From assembly GCF_009914755.1 (NCBI RefSeq), contig NC_060939.1: DNA of 64,000 bases; one strand, 5' to 3'. Made by a program: the position numbers and the translations under genes. Below are positions 16,465 through 30,370 of the stretch, in pieces. Below the pieces are notes generated by a model. The model was not told the DNA's origin, made no database searches, and worked only from the letters and a program-made list of their open reading frames with translations. Position 1 is the stretch's first letter, and each line of letters opens with the position of its first letter. This stretch comes from the human T2T-CHM13v2.0 reference genome, Homo sapiens.

Positions 16465-17411
16465 CTTTCATTTCTTTCAGCTGGGCTCTCCTACGTGTGT
16501 TGCTCTGTTGCTCACGCTGGTCTCAAACTCCTGGCCTTGACGCTTCTCCCGTCACATCCGCCGTCTGGTTGTTGAAATGAGCATCTCTCGTAAAATGGAA
16601 AAGATGAAAGAAATAAACACGAAGACGGAAAGCACGGTGTGAACGTTTCTCTTGCCGTCTCCCGGGGTGTACCTTGGACCCGGAAACACGGAGGGAGCTT
16701 GGCTGAGTGGGTTTTCGGTGCCGAAACCTCCCGAGGGCCTCCTTCCCTCTCCCCCTTGTCCCCGCTTCTCCCCCAGCCGAGGCTCCCACCGCCGCCCTGG
16801 CATTTTCCATAGGAGAGGTATGGGAGAGGACTGACACGCCTTCCAGATCTATATCCTGCCGGACGTCTCTGGCTCGGCGTGCCCCACCGGCTACCTGCCA
16901 CCTTCCAGGGAGCTCTGAGGCGGATGCGACCCCCACCCCCCCGTCACGTCCCGCTACCCTCCCCCGGCTGGCCTTTGCCGGGCGACCCCAGGGGAACCGC
17001 GTTGATGCTGCCTTCGGATCCTCCGGCGAAGACTTCCACCGGATGCCCCGGGTGGGCCGGTTGGGATCAGACTGGACCACCCCGGACCGTGCTGTTCTTG
17101 GGGGTGGGTTGACGTACAGGGTGGACTGGCAGCCCCAGCATTGTAAAGGGTGCGTGGGTATGGAAATGTCACCTAGGATGCCCTCCTTCCCTTCGGTCTG
17201 CCTTCAGCTGCCTCAGGCGTGAAGACAACTTCCCATCGGAACCTCTTCTCTTCCCTTTCTCCAGCACACAGATGAGACGCACGAGAGGGAGAAACAGCTC
17301 AATAGATACCGCTGACCTTCATTTGTGGAATCCTCAGTCATCGACACACAAGACAGGTGACTAGGCAGGGACACAGATCAAACACTATTTCCGGGTCCTC
17401 GTGGTGGGATT

Positions 17412-17412
<1 letters not shown>

Positions 17413-17458
<46 letters not shown>

Positions 17459-17484
17459 CGCGCACGCGCGCACACACACACACA
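17413..17484 (+). repeat. Compound (CT)n-(CG/CA)n microsatellite
   Basis: ~21 CT units fused to an alternating purine-pyrimidine tract. Confidence 0.9.
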
Positions 17485-17616
17485 ATTTCCATATCTAGTT
17501 CACAGAGCACACTCACTTCCCCTTTTCACAGTACGCAGGCTGAGTAAAACCCGCCCCACCCTCCACCCGTTGGCTGACGAAACCCCTTCTCTACAATTTA
17601 TGAAAAAGATGATCTG

Positions 17617-17900
17617 GGCCGGGCACGCTAGCTCACGCCTGTCACTCCGGCACTTTGGGAGGCCGAGGCGGGTGGATCGCTTGGGGCCGGGAGTTCGAGA
17701 CCAGGCTGGCCGACGTGGCGAAACCCCGTCTCTCTGAAAAATAGAACGATTAGCCGGGCCTGGTGGCGTGGGCTTGGAATCACGACCGCTCGGGAGACTG
17801 GGGCGGGCGACTTGTTCCAACCGGGGAGGCCGAGGTTGCGATGAGCTGAGATCGTGCCGTGGCGATGCGGCCTGGATGACGGAGCGAGACCCCGTCTCGA
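17617..17900 (+). mobile_element. Alu, diverged and CpG-rich
   Basis: GGCCGGGCACGCTAGCTCACGCCTGTC...ACTTTGGGAGGCCGAGGCGGGTGGATC...GAGACCCCGTCTC. Confidence 0.9.
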
Positions 17901-17924
17901 GAGAATCATGATGTTATTATAAGA

Positions 17925-18050
17925 TGAGTTGTGCGCGGTGATGGCCGCCTGTAGTCGCGGCTACTCGGGAGGCTGAGACGAGGAGAAGATCACTTGAGGC
18001 CCCACAGGTCGAGGCTTCGGTCGGCCGTGACCCACTGTATCCTGGGCAGT
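17925..18050 (+). mobile_element. Alu monomer remnant (old, FRAM/AluJ-like)
   Basis: GCCTGTAGTCGCGGCTACTCGGGAGGCTGAG. Confidence 0.65.
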
Positions 18051-18128
18051 CACCGGTCAAGGAGATATGCCCCTTCCCCGTTTGCTTTTCTTTTCTTCCC
18101 TTCTCTTTTCTTCTTTTTGCTTCTCTTT

Positions 18129-18160
<32 letters not shown>

Positions 18161-18244
18161 TTTCTTTTTCTCTCTTCCCCTCTTTCTTTCCTGCCTTCCT
18201 GCCTTTCTTCTTTTCTTCTTTCCTCCCTTCCTCCCTTCCTTCTT

Positions 18245-18940
18245 TCCTCCCGCCTCAGCCTCCCAAAGTGCTGGGATGACTGGCGGGAGGCACCATGCCT
18301 GCTTGGCCCAAAGAGACCCTCTTGGAAAGTGAGACGCAGAGAGCGCCTTCCAGTGATCTCATTGACTGATTTAGAGACGGCATCTCGCTCCGTCACCCCG
18401 GCAGTGGTGCCGTCGTAACTCACTCCCTGCAGCGTGGACGCTCCTGGACTCGAGCGATCCTTCCACCTCAGCCTCCAGAGTACAGAGCCTGGGACCGCGG
18501 GCACGCGCCACTGTGCCCACACCGTTTTTAATTGTTTTTTTTTCCCCCGAGACAGAGTTTCACTCTCGTGGCCTAGACTGCAGTGCGGTGGCGCGATCTT
18601 GGCTCACCGCAACCTCTGCCTCCCGGTTTCAAGCGATTCTCCTGCATCGGCCTCCTGAGTAGCCGGGATTGCGGGCATGCGCTGCCACGTCTGGCTGATT
18701 TCGTATTTTTAGTGGAGACGGGGCTTCTCCATGTCGATCGGGCTGGTTTCGAACTCCCGACCTCAGGTGATCCGCCCTCCCCGGCCTCCGGAAGTGCTGG
18801 GATGACAGGCGTGAGCCACCGCGCCCGGCCTTCATTTTTAAATGTTTTCCCACAGACGGGGTCTCATCATTTCTTTGCAACCCTCCTGCCCGGCGTCTCA
18901 AAGTGCTGGCGTGACGGGCGTGAGCCACTGCGCCTGGACT
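18245..18940 (-). mobile_element. Cluster of minus-strand Alus: fragments at ~18245-18300, ~18370-18520, ~18855-18940 and a near full-length copy at 18532-18830
   Basis: GAGACAGAGTTTCACTCT...CTCAGGTGATCCGCCC...GTGAGCCACCGCGCCCGGCC. Confidence 0.85.
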
Positions 18941-18978
18941 CCGGGGAATGACTCACGACCACCATCGCTCTACTGATC

Positions 18979-19037
<59 letters not shown>

Positions 19038-19579
19038 GATGAATTATCTTATGATTTATTTGTGTACTTATTTTCAGACGGAGTCTCGCTCTGGGCGGGG
19101 CGAGGCGAGGCGAGGCACAGCGCATCGCTTTGGAAGCCGCGGCAACGCCTTTCAAAGCCCCATTCGTATGCACAGAGCCTTATTCCCTTCCTGGAGTTGG
19201 AGCTGATGCCTTCCGTAGCCTTGGGCTTCTCTCCATTCGGAAGCTTTGACAGGCGCAACCCCACCCAGAGGCTGGCTGCGGCTGAGGATTAGGGGGTGTG
19301 TTGGGGCTGAAAACTGGGTCCCCTATTTTTGATACCTCAGCCGACACATCCCCCGACCGCCATCGCTTGCTCGCCCTCTGAGATCCCCCGCCTCCACCGC
19401 CTTGCAGGCTCACCTCTTACTTTCATTTCTTCCTTTCTTGCGTTTGAGGAGGGGGTGCGGGAATGAGGGTGTGTGTGGGGAGGGGGTGCGGGGTGGGGAC
19501 GGAGGGGAGCGTCCTAAGGGTCGATTTAGTGTCATGCCTCTTTCACCACCACCACCACCACCGAAGATGACAGCAAGGA

Positions 19580-19853
19580 TCGGCTAAATACCGCGTGTTC
19601 TCATCTAGAAGTGGGAACTTACAGATGACAGTTCTTGCATGGGCAGAACGAGGGGGACCGGGGACGCGGAAGCCTGCTTGAGGGAGGAGGGGTGGAAGGA
19701 GAGACAGCTTCAGGAAGAAAACAAAACACGAATACTGTCGGACACAGCACTGACTACCCGGGTGATGAAATCATCTGCACACTGAACACCCCCGTCACAA
19801 GTTTACCTATGTCACAATCTTGCACATGTATGCTTGAACGACAAATAAAAGTT
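19580..19853 (+). mobile_element. LINE-1 3' end (old primate L1PA/L1PB-like 3'UTR)
   Basis: CCGCGTGTTCTCA..AAGTGGGA, GGGTGATGAAATCATCTG, ACAAGTTTACCTATGT..TGCACATGTA, AAATAAAAGTT resemble the L1 3'UTR terminus. Confidence 0.8.
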
Positions 19854-20016
19854 AGGGGGGAGAAGAGAGGAGAGAGAGAGAGAGAGAGAGACAGAGAGAG
19901 ACAGAGAGAGAGAGAGAGGAGGGAGAGAGAAAACGAAACACCACCTCCTTGACCTGAGTCAGGGGGTTTCTGGCCTTTTGGGAGAACGTTCAGCGACAAT
20001 GCAGTATTTGGGCCCG

Positions 20017-20318
20017 TTCTTTTTTTTTCTTCTTCTTTTCTTTCTTTTTTTTTGGACTGAGTCTCTCTCGCTCTGTCACCCAGGCTGCGGTGCGGTGGCG
20101 CTCTCTCGGCTCACTGAAACCTCTGCTTCCCGGGTTCCAGTGATTCTTCTTCGGTAGCTGGGATTACAGGCGCACACCATGACGGCCGGCTCATATTCCT
20201 ATTTTCAGTAGAGACGGGGTTTCTCCACGTTGGCCACGCTGGTCTCGAACTCCTGACCTCAAATGATCCGCCTTCCTGGGCCTCCCAAAGTGCTGGAAAC
20301 GACAGGCCTGAGCCGCCG
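20017..20318 (-). mobile_element. Alu (left wing of butterfly, LR1)
   Basis: T-tail, CTCGCTCTGTCACCCAGGCTG...CTGGTCTCGAACTCCTGACCTC. Confidence 0.9.
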
Positions 20319-20603
20319 GGATTTCAGCCTTTAAAAGCGCGGGCCCTGCCACCTTTCGCTGTGGCCCTTACGCTCAGAATGACGTGTCCTCTCTGCCGTA
20401 GGTTGACTCCTTGAGTCCCCTAGGCCATTGCACTGTAGCCTGGGCAGCAAGAGCCAAACTCCGTCCCCCCACCTCCCCGCGCACATAATAACTAACTAAC
20501 AAACTAACTAACTAACTAAACTAACTAAATAAATAAAATCTCTACACGTCACCTCTAAGTGTGTGTTCCCGTGAGGAGTGATTTCTAAGAAATGGCACTG
20601 TAC

Positions 20604-21009
<406 letters not shown>

Positions 21010-21016
21010 CTAGGGC

Positions 21017-21373
21017 CTTCTCTCTGTCTGTTTCTCTCTGTTCGTCTCTGTCTTTCTCTCTGTGTCTCTTTCTCTGTCTGTCTGTCTCTTTCTTTCTCTC
21101 TGTCTCTGTCTCTGTCTTTGTCTCTCTCTCTCCCTCTCTGCCTGTCTCACTGTGTCTGTCTTCTGTCTTACTCTCTTTCTCTCCCCGTCTGTCTCTCTCT
21201 CTCTCTCTCCCTCCCTGTTTGTTTCTCTCTCTCCCTCCCTGTCTGTTTCTCTCTCTCTCTTTCTGTCTGTTTCTGTCTCTCTCTGTCTGTCTATGTCTTT
21301 CTCTGTCTGTCTCTTTCTCTGTCTGTCTGCCTCTCTCTTTCTTTTTCTGTGTCTCTCTGTCGGTCTCTCTCTC

Positions 21374-21408
<35 letters not shown>

Positions 21409-21600
21409 GTGCCTATCTTCTGTCTTACTCTCTTTCTCTGCCTGTCTGTCTGTCTCTCCCTCCGTTTCTGTTTCTCTCTCTCTCTCTCTCTCTCTCCCCC
21501 TCTCCCTGTCTGTTTCTCTCCGTCTCTCTCTCTTTCTGTCTGTTTCTCACTGTCTCTCTCTGTCCATCTCTCTCTCTCTCTGTCTGTCTCTTTCGTTCTC

Positions 21601-21661
<61 letters not shown>

Positions 21662-21703
21662 CTCTCTGTGTGTATCTTCTGTCTTACTCTCCTTCTCTGC
21701 CTG

Positions 21704-21737
<34 letters not shown>

Positions 21738-22185
21738 CCTTTCTGTCTCTCTCTCTCTCTGTCCCTCTCTCTTTCTGTCTGTTCCTCTCTCTCTCTCTGT
21801 CTCTGTCTTTCTCTGTCTGTCTGCCTCTCTCTTTCTTTCTCTTTCTGTGTCTCTCTGTCTCTCTCACTGTGTGTGTGTCTCTGTCTCTGCCTCTCTCTCT
21901 CTCTCTCTCTCTGTCTGTCTCTCTCACTGTGTGTGTCTGTCTTCTGTCTTACTCTCCTTCTCTGCCTGTCCGTCTGTCTGTCTGTCTCTCCCTCTCTCTC
22001 CCTCCCTTTCTGTTTCTCTCTCTCTCTCTCTCTCTTTCTGTCTGTTTCTCTCTTTCTCTCTCTGTCTGTCTCTTTCTCTGTCTGTCTGTCTCTCTCTTTC
22101 TTTTTCTCTGTCTCTCTGTCTCTCTCTGTGCCTGTCTCTCTGTCTGTGCCTATCTTCTGTCTTACTCTCTTTCTCTGGCTGACTG

Positions 22186-22226
<41 letters not shown>

Positions 22227-22327
22227 GTCTCCGTCCCTCCCTCCCTGTCTGTCTGTTTCTCTCTCTGTCCATTTCTGTCTGTCTCTTTCTCTTTCTCTCT
22301 CTTTCTTTCTCTCTGTCTCTCTCTGTC

Positions 22328-22386
<59 letters not shown>

Positions 22387-22594
22387 CTCTCTCACTGTGT
22401 CGGTCTTCTGTCTTACTCTCTTTCTCTGCCTGCCTCTCTGTCTGTCTGTCTGTCTCTCTCCCTCCATGTCTCTCTCTCTCTCTCTCTCACTCACTGTCTC
22501 TCCGTCTCTCTCTCTTTCTGTCTGTTTCTCTCTGTCTCTGTCTTTCTGTGTGTCTGTCTGTCTCTCTCTCTATTTGTCTTTCTCCCTCCCTGTC

Positions 22595-22635
<41 letters not shown>

Positions 22636-22706
22636 GTCTGTTTCTCTCTATCTCTCGCTGTCCATCTCTGTCTTTCTATGTCTGTCTCTTTCTCTGTCAG
22701 TCTGTC
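21017..22706 (+). repeat. Complex (CT)n/(CTGT)n pyrimidine block 1
   Basis: ~1.7 kb almost devoid of A on the + strand. Confidence 0.97.
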
Positions 22707-23027
22707 AGACACCCCCGTGCCGGGTAGGGCCCTGCCCCTTCCACGAAAGTGAGAAGCGCGTGCTTCGGTGCTTAGAGAGGCCGAGAGGAATCTAGACAGG
22801 CGGGCCTTGCTGGGCTTCCCCACTCGGTGTACGATTTCGGGAGGTCGAGGCCGGGTCCCCGCTTGGATGCGAGGGGCATTTTCAGACTTTTCTCTCGGTC
22901 ACGTGTGGCGTCCGTACTTCTCCTATTTCCCCGATAAGCTCCTCGACTTCAACATAAACGGCGTCCTAAGGGTCGATTTAGTGTCATGCCTCTTTCACCG
23001 CCACCACCGAAGATGAAAGCAAAGATC

Positions 23028-23299
23028 GGCTAAATACCGCGTGTTCTCATCTAGAAGTGGGAACTTACAGATGACAGTTCTTGCATGGGCAGAACGAGGG
23101 GGACCGGGGACGCGGAAGCCTGCTTGAGGGAGGAGGGGTGGAAGGAGAGACAGCTTCAGGAAGAAAACAAAACACGAATACTGTCGGACACAGCACTGAC
23201 TACCCGGGTGATGAAATCATCTGCACACTGAACACCCCCGTCACAAGTTTACCTATGTCACAGTCTTGCTCATGTATGCTTGAACGACAAATAAAAGTT
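23028..23299 (+). mobile_element. LINE-1 3' end, duplicate in Long repeat 2
   Basis: Near-identical to 19580-19853. Confidence 0.8.
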
Positions 23300-23358
23300 C
23301 GGGGGGGAGAAGAGAGGAGAGAGAGAGAGAGACGGGGAGAGAGGGGGGAGAGGGGGGG

Positions 23359-23407
<49 letters not shown>

Positions 23408-23496
23408 GTAAAACCAACCACCACCTCCTTGACCTGAGTCAGGGGGTTTCTGGCCTTTTGGGAGAACGTTCAGCGACAATGCAGTATTTGGGCCCG

Positions 23497-23798
23497 TTCT
23501 TTTTTTCTTCTTCTTCTTTTCTTTCTTTTTTTTTGGACTGAGTCTCTCTCGCTCTGTCACCCAGGCTGCGGTGCGGTGGCGCTCTCTCGGCTCACTGAAA
23601 CCTCTGCTTCCCGGGTTCCAGTGATTCTTCTTCGGTAGCTGGGATTACAGGTGCGCACCATGACGGCCGGCTCATCGTTCTATTTTTAGTAGAGACGGGG
23701 TTTCTCCACGTTGGCCACGCTGGTCTCGAACTCCTGACCACAAATGATCCACCTTCCTGGGCCTCCCAAAGTGCTGGAAACGACAGGCCTGAGCCGCC
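23497..23798 (-). mobile_element. Alu (left wing, LR2)
   Basis: Duplicate of 20017-20318. Confidence 0.9.
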
Positions 23799-24063
23799 GG
23801 GATTTCAGCCTTTAAAAGCGCGGGCCCTGCCACCTTTCGCTGCGGCCCTTACGCTCAGAATGACGTGTCCTCTCTGCCATAGGTTGACTCCTTGAGTCCC
23901 CTAGGCCATTGCACTGTAGCCTGGGCAGCAAGAGCCAAACTCCGTCCCCCCACCTCCCCGCGCACATAATAACTAACTAACTAACTAACTAACTAAAATC
24001 TCTACACGTCACCCATAAGTGTGTGTTCCCGTGAGGAGTGATTTCTAAGAAATGGTACTGTAC

Positions 24064-24445
<382 letters not shown>

Positions 24446-24460
24446 CTACTGGGCTAGGGC

Positions 24461-24977
24461 CTTCTCTCTGTCTGTTTCTCTCTGTTCGTCTCTGTCTTTC
24501 TCTCTGTGTCTCTTTCTCTGTCTGTCTGTCTGTCTGTCTGTCTCTTTCTTTCTTTCTGTCTCTGTCTTTGTCCCTCTCTCTCCCTCTCTGCCTGTCTCAC
24601 TGTGTCTGTCTTCTATCTTACTCTCTTTCTCTCCCCGTCTGTCTCTCTCTCACTCCCTCCCTGTCTGTTTCTCTCTCTCTCTCTTTCTGTCTGTTTCTGT
24701 CTCTCTCTGTCTGCCTCTCTCTTTCTCTATCTGTCTCTTTCTCTGTCTGTCTGCCCCTCTCTTTCTTTTTCTGTGTCTCTCTGTCTGTCTCTCTCTCTCT
24801 CTGTGCCTATCTTCTGTCTTACTCTCTTTCTCTGCCTGTCTGTCTGTCTCTCTCTGTCTCTCCCTCCCTTTCTGCTTCTCTCTCTCTCTCTCTCTCTCCC
24901 CCCTCCCTGTCTGTTTCTCTCTGTCTCCCTCTCTTTCTGTCTGTTTCTCACTGTCTCTCTCTGTCTGTCTGTTTCAT

Positions 24978-25012
<35 letters not shown>

Positions 25013-25112
25013 GTCTCTCCCTCTCTGTGTGTATCTTTTGTCTTACTCTCCTTCTCTGCCTGTCCGTCTGTCTGTCTGTCTCTCTCTCTCCCTGTCCCTC
25101 TCTCTTTCTGTC

Positions 25113-25153
<41 letters not shown>

Positions 25154-25430
25154 GTCTTTCTCTGTCTGTCCCTTTCTCTGTCTGTCTGCCTCTCTCTTTC
25201 TCTTTCTGTGTCTCTCTGTCTCTCTCTCTGTGCCTATCTTCTGTCTTACTCTCTTTCTCTGCCTGTCTATCTGTCTGTCTCTCTCTGTCTCTCTCCCTGC
25301 CTTTCTGTTTCTCTCTCTCTCCCTCTCTCGCTCTCTCTGTCTTTCTCTCTTTCTCTCTGTTTCTCTGTCTCTCTCTGTCCGTCTCTGTCTTTTTCTGTCT
25401 GTCTGTCTCTCTCTTTCTTTCTGTCGTCTG

Positions 25431-25466
<36 letters not shown>

Positions 25467-25657
25467 TCCTTGTCTCTCTCACTGTGTCTGTCTTCTGTCT
25501 TACTCTCCTTCTCTGCCTGTCCATCTGTCTGTCTGTCTCTCTCTCTCTCTCCCTACCTTTCTGTTTCTCTCTCGCTAGCTCTCTCTCTCTCTGCCTGTTT
25601 CTCTCTTTCTCTCTCTGTCTTTCTCTGTCTGTCTCTTTCTCTGTCTGTCTGTCTCTT

Positions 25658-25702
<45 letters not shown>

Positions 25703-25945
25703 GCCTCTCTCACTGTGTCTGTCTTCTGTCTTATTCTCTTTCTCTCTCTGTCTCTCTCTCTCTCTCCTTTCCTGTCTGTTTTTCTCTCTCTCTCTCTCTT
25801 TCTGCCTGTTTCTCTCTGTCTGTCTCTGTCTTTCTCTGTCTGTCTGCCTCTCTCTTTCTTTTTCTGCGTCTCTCTGTCTCTCTCTCTCTCTCTCTGTTCC
25901 TATCTTCTGTCTTACTCTGTTTCCTTGCCTGCCTGCCTGTCTGTG

Positions 25946-25985
<40 letters not shown>

Positions 25986-26095
25986 CCTTTCTCTTTCTCT
26001 GTCTCTCTCTCTCTTTCTGGGTGTTTCTCTCTGTCTCTCTGTCCATCTCTGTCTTTCTATGTCTGTCTCTCTCTTTCTCTCTGTCTCTGTCTCTG

Positions 26096-26130
<35 letters not shown>

Positions 26131-27049
26131 GTCTCTCTCACTGTGTGTGTCTGTCTTCTGTCTTACTCTCCTTCTCTGCCTGTCCGTCTGTCTGTCTGTC
26201 TCTCCCTCTCTCTCCCTCCCTTTCTGTTTCTCTCTCTCTCTCTTTCTGTCTGTTTCTCTCTTTCTCTCTCTGTCTGTCTCTTTCTCTGTCTGTCTGTCTC
26301 TCTCTTTCTTTTTCTCTGTCTCTCTGTCTCTCTCTGTGTCTGTCTCTCTGTCTGTGCCTATCTTCTGTCTTACTCTCTTTCTCTGGCTGTCTGCCTGTCT
26401 CTCTCTCTCTCTCTGTCTGTCTCCGTCCCTCTCTCCCTGTCTGTCTGTTTCTCTCTCTGCCTCTCTCTCTCTCTGTCTGTCTCTTTCTCTGTCTGTCTGT
26501 CTCTCTCTTTCTTTTTCTCTGTCTCTCTGTCTCTCTCTGTGTCTGTCTCTCTTTCTGTGCCTATCTTCTGTCTTACTCTCTTTCTCTGGCTGTCTGCCTG
26601 TCTCTCTCTCTCTGCCTGTCTCCGTCCCTCCCTCCCTGTCTGTCTGTTTCTCTCTCTGTCTCTGTCTCTCTGTCCATCTCTGTCTGTCTCTTTCTCTTTC
26701 TCTCTCTCTGTCTCTGTCTCTCTCTCTCTCTGCCTGTCTCTCTCACTGTGTCTGTCTTCTGTCTTACTCTCTTTCTCTGCCTGCCTCTCTGTCTGTCTGT
26801 CTCTCTCCCTCCATGTCTCTCTCTCTCTCTCACTCACTCTCTCTCCGTCTCTCTCTCTTTCTGTCTGTTTCTCTCTCTGTCTGTCTCTCTCCCTCCATGT
26901 CTCTCTCTCTCTCTCTCTCACTCACTCTCTCTCCGTCTCTCTCTCTCTTTCTGTCTGTTTCTCTCTCTGTCTGTCTCTCTCCCTCCATGTCTCTCTCTCT
27001 CCCTCTCACTCACTCTCTCTCCGTCTCTCTCTCTCTTTCTGTCTGTTTC

Positions 27050-27110
<61 letters not shown>

Positions 27111-27143
27111 GTCTTTCTCCCTCCCTGTCTGTCTGTCTGTCTC

Positions 27144-27176
<33 letters not shown>

Positions 27177-27257
27177 TTCTCTTTCTGTCTGTTTCTCTCT
27201 ATCTCTCGCTGTCCATCTCTGTCTTTCTATGTCTGTCTCTTTCTCTGTCAGTCTGTC
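24461..27257 (+). repeat. Complex (CT)n/(CTGT)n pyrimidine block 2
   Basis: ~2.8 kb, same motif composition as block 1. Confidence 0.97.
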
Positions 27258-27514
27258 AGACACCCCCGTGCCGGGTAGGGCCCTGCCCCTTCCACGAGAG
27301 TGAGAAGCGCGTGCTTCGGTGCTTAGAGAGGCCGAGAGGAATCTAGACAGGCGGGCCTTGCTGGGCTTCCCCACTCGGTGTACGATTTCGGGAGGTCGAG
27401 GCCGGGTCCCCGCTTGGATGCGAGGGGCATTTTCAGACTTTTCTCTCGGTCACGTGTGGCGTCCGTACTTCTCCTATTTCCCCGATAAGCTCCTCGACTT
27501 CAACATAAACTGTG

Positions 27515-27730
27515 AAGGCCGGACGCAACACGGCGAAACCCCGTCTCTACTAAAAATACAAAGCTGAGTCGGGAGCGGTGGGGCAGGCCCCTGTAATGCC
27601 AGCTCCTCGGGAGGCTGAGGCGGGAGAATCGCTTGAACCAGGGAAGCGGAGGCTGCAGGGAGCCGAGATCGCGCCACTGCACTACGGCCCAGGCTGTAGA
27701 GTGAGTGAGACTCGGTCTCTAAATAAATAC
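27515..27730 (+). mobile_element. Alu, 5'-truncated
   Basis: GAAACCCCGTCTCTACTAAAAATACAAA...GGGAGGCTGAGGCGGGAGAATCGCTTGAACC. Confidence 0.9.
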
Positions 27731-27759
27731 GGAAATTAATTAATTCATTAATTCTTTTC

Positions 27760-27960
27760 CCTGCTGACGGACATTTGCAGGCAGGCATCGGTTGTCTTCG
27801 GGCATCACCTAGCGGCCACTGTTATTGAAAGTCGACGTGACACGGAGGGAGGTCTCGCCGACTTCACCGAGCCTGGGGCAACGGGTTTCTCTCTCTCCCT
27901 TCTGGAGGCCCCTCCCTCTCTCCCTCGTTGCCTAGGGAACCTCGCCTAGGGAACCTCCGC
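27760..27960. promoter_or_regulatory. Putative regulatory module copy A: CTCF-like motif + RFX X-box-like motifs
   Basis: TGGCCGCTAGGTGATGCC (minus strand, ~27801-27819), AGCCTGGGGCAAC 27870-27882, GTTGCCTAGGGAAC 27927-27940; paralogous to 37920-38105. Confidence 0.5.
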
Positions 27961-28912
27961 CCTGGCGGGGGCCCTATTGTTCTTTGATCGGCGCTTTACT
28001 TTTCTTTGTGTTTTGGCGCCTAGACTCTTCTACTTGGGCTTTGGGAAGGGTCAGTTTAATTTTCAAGTTGCCCCCCGGCTCCCCCCACTACCCACGTCCC
28101 TTCACCTTAATTTAGTGAGTCGGTTAGGTGGGTTTCCCCCAAACCGCCCCCCCCCCCCCGCCTCCCAACACCCTGCTTGGAAACCTTCCAGAGCCACCCC
28201 GGTGTGCCTCCGTCTTCTCTCCCCTTCCCCCACCCCTTGCCGGCGATCTCATTCTTGCCAGGCTGACATTTGCATCGGTGGGCGTCAGGCCTCACTCGGG
28301 GGCCACCGTTTTTGAAGATGGGGGCGGCACGGTCCCACTTCCCCGGAGGCAGCTTGGGCCGATGGCATAGCCCCTTGACCCGCGTGGGCAAGCGGGCGGG
28401 TCTGCAGTTGTGAGGCTTTTCCCCCCGCTGCTTCCCGCCTCAGGCCTCCCTCCCTAGGAAAGCTTCACCCTGGCTGGGTCTCGGTCACCTTTTATCACGA
28501 TGTTTTAGTTTCTCCGCCCTCCGGCCAGCAGAGTTTCACAATGCGAAGGGCGCCACGGCTCTAGTCTGGGCCTTCTCAGTACTTGCCCAAAATAGAAACG
28601 CTTTCTGAAAACTAATAACTTTGCTCACTTAAGATTTCCAGGGACGGCGCCTTGGCCCGTGTTTGTTGGCTTGTTTTGTTTCGTTCTGTTTTGTTTTGTT
28701 CGTGTTTTTCCTTTCTCGTATGTCTTTCTTTTCAGGTGAAGTAGAAATCCCCAGTTTTCAGGAAGACGTCTATTTTCCCCAAGACACGTTAGCTGCCGTT
28801 TTTTCCTGTTGTGAACTAGCGCTTTTGTGACTCTCTCAACGTGCAGTGAGAGCCGGTTGATGTTTACTATCCTTCATCATGACATCTTATTTTCTAGAAA
28901 TCCGTAGGCGAA

Positions 28913-29000
28913 TGCTGCTGCTGCTCTTGTTGCTGTTGTTGTTGTTGTTGTTGTCGTCGTTGCTGTTGTCGTTGTCGTTGTTGTTGTCGTTGTCGTTGTT
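28913..29000 (+). repeat. (GCT)/(GTT)/(GTC) trinucleotide mosaic
   Basis: Direct read. Confidence 0.9.
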
Positions 29001-29075
29001 TTCAAAGTATACCCCGGCCACCGTTTATGGGATCAAAAGCATTATAAAATATGTGTGATTATTTCTTGAGCACGC

Positions 29076-29673
29076 CCTTCCTCCCCCTCTCTCTGTCTCT
29101 CTGTCTGTCTCTGTCTCTCTCTTTCTCTGTCTGTCTTCTCTCTCTCTCTCTCTCTGTGTCTCTCTCTCTCTGCCTGTCTGTTTCTCTCTCTCTGCCTCTC
29201 TCTCTCTCTCTCTCTCTGCCTGTCTCTCTCACTGTGTCTGTCTTCTGTCTTACTCCCTTTCTCTGTCTGTCTGTCGGTCTCTCTCTCTCTCTCTCCCTGT
29301 CTGTATGTTTCTCTCTGTCTCTGTCTCTCTCTCTCTTTCTGTTTCTCTCTCTCCGTCTCTGTCTTTCTCTGACTGTCTCTCTCTTTCCTTCTCTCTGTCT
29401 CTCTCTGCCTGTCTCTCTCACTCTGTCTTCTGTCTTACTCTCTCTCTCTGCCTGCCTGTCTCTCTCACTCTCTCTCTCTGTGTGTCTCTCTCTCTCTTTC
29501 TGTTTCTCTCTGTCTCTCTGTCCGTCTCTGTCTTTCTCTGTCTGTCTCTTTGTCTGTCTGTCTTTGTCTTTCCTTCTCTCTGTCTCTGTCTCTCTCACTG
29601 TGTCTGTCTTCTGTCTTAGTCTCTCTCTCTCTCTCTCCCTGTCTGTCTGTCTCTCTCTCTCTCTCCCCCTGTC

Positions 29674-29718
<45 letters not shown>

Positions 29719-29991
29719 TTGTCTTTCTTTCTGTCTCTGTCTCTCTCTCTCTCTCTGTGTGTCTGTCTTCTGTCTTACTGTCTTTCTCTGCCTGTCTGTC
29801 TGTCTGTCTCTCTCTGTCTGTCTCTCTCTCTCTCTCCCCCCTGTCGGCTGTTTCTCTGTCTCTGTCTGTGTCTCTCTTTCTGTCTGTTTCTCTCTGTCTG
29901 TCTTTCTCTCTCTGTCTCTTTCTCTCTGTCTCTCTGTCTGTCTCTGTCTCTCTCTCTGTCTCTCTCTCTCTGTGGGGGGGTGTGTGTGTGT

Positions 29992-30028
<37 letters not shown>

Positions 30029-30279
30029 TGCCTTCTGTCTTACTCTCTTTCTCTGCCTGTCTGTCTGCCTGTCTGTTTGTCTCTCTCTCTCTGCCTGTCT
30101 CTCTCCCTTCCTGTCTGTTTCTCTCTCTTTCTGTTTCTCTCTGTCTCTGTCCATCTCTGTCTTTCTCCGTCTGTCTCTTTATCTGTCTCTCTCCGTCTGT
30201 CTCTTTATCTGTCTCTCTCTCTCTTTCTGTCTTTCTCTCTCTGTGTATCGTTGTCTCTCTCTGTCTGTCTCTGTCTCTG

Positions 30280-30312
<33 letters not shown>

Positions 30313-30370
30313 GTCTGTCTGTCCGTCTGTCTGTCTCGGTCTCTGGCTCTCGCTATCTCCCGCCCTCTCT
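29076..30370 (+). repeat. Complex (CT)n/(CTGT)n pyrimidine block 3 with internal (TG)n
   Basis: Same anchor motif CTTCTGTCTTACTC as blocks 1 and 2; (TG)n ~29980-30027. Confidence 0.95.

Noticed and set aside
19955-19961. AP-1 site TGAGTCA in each Long repeat
   Set aside because: A 7-mer is expected by chance, and its recurrence is due to the duplication
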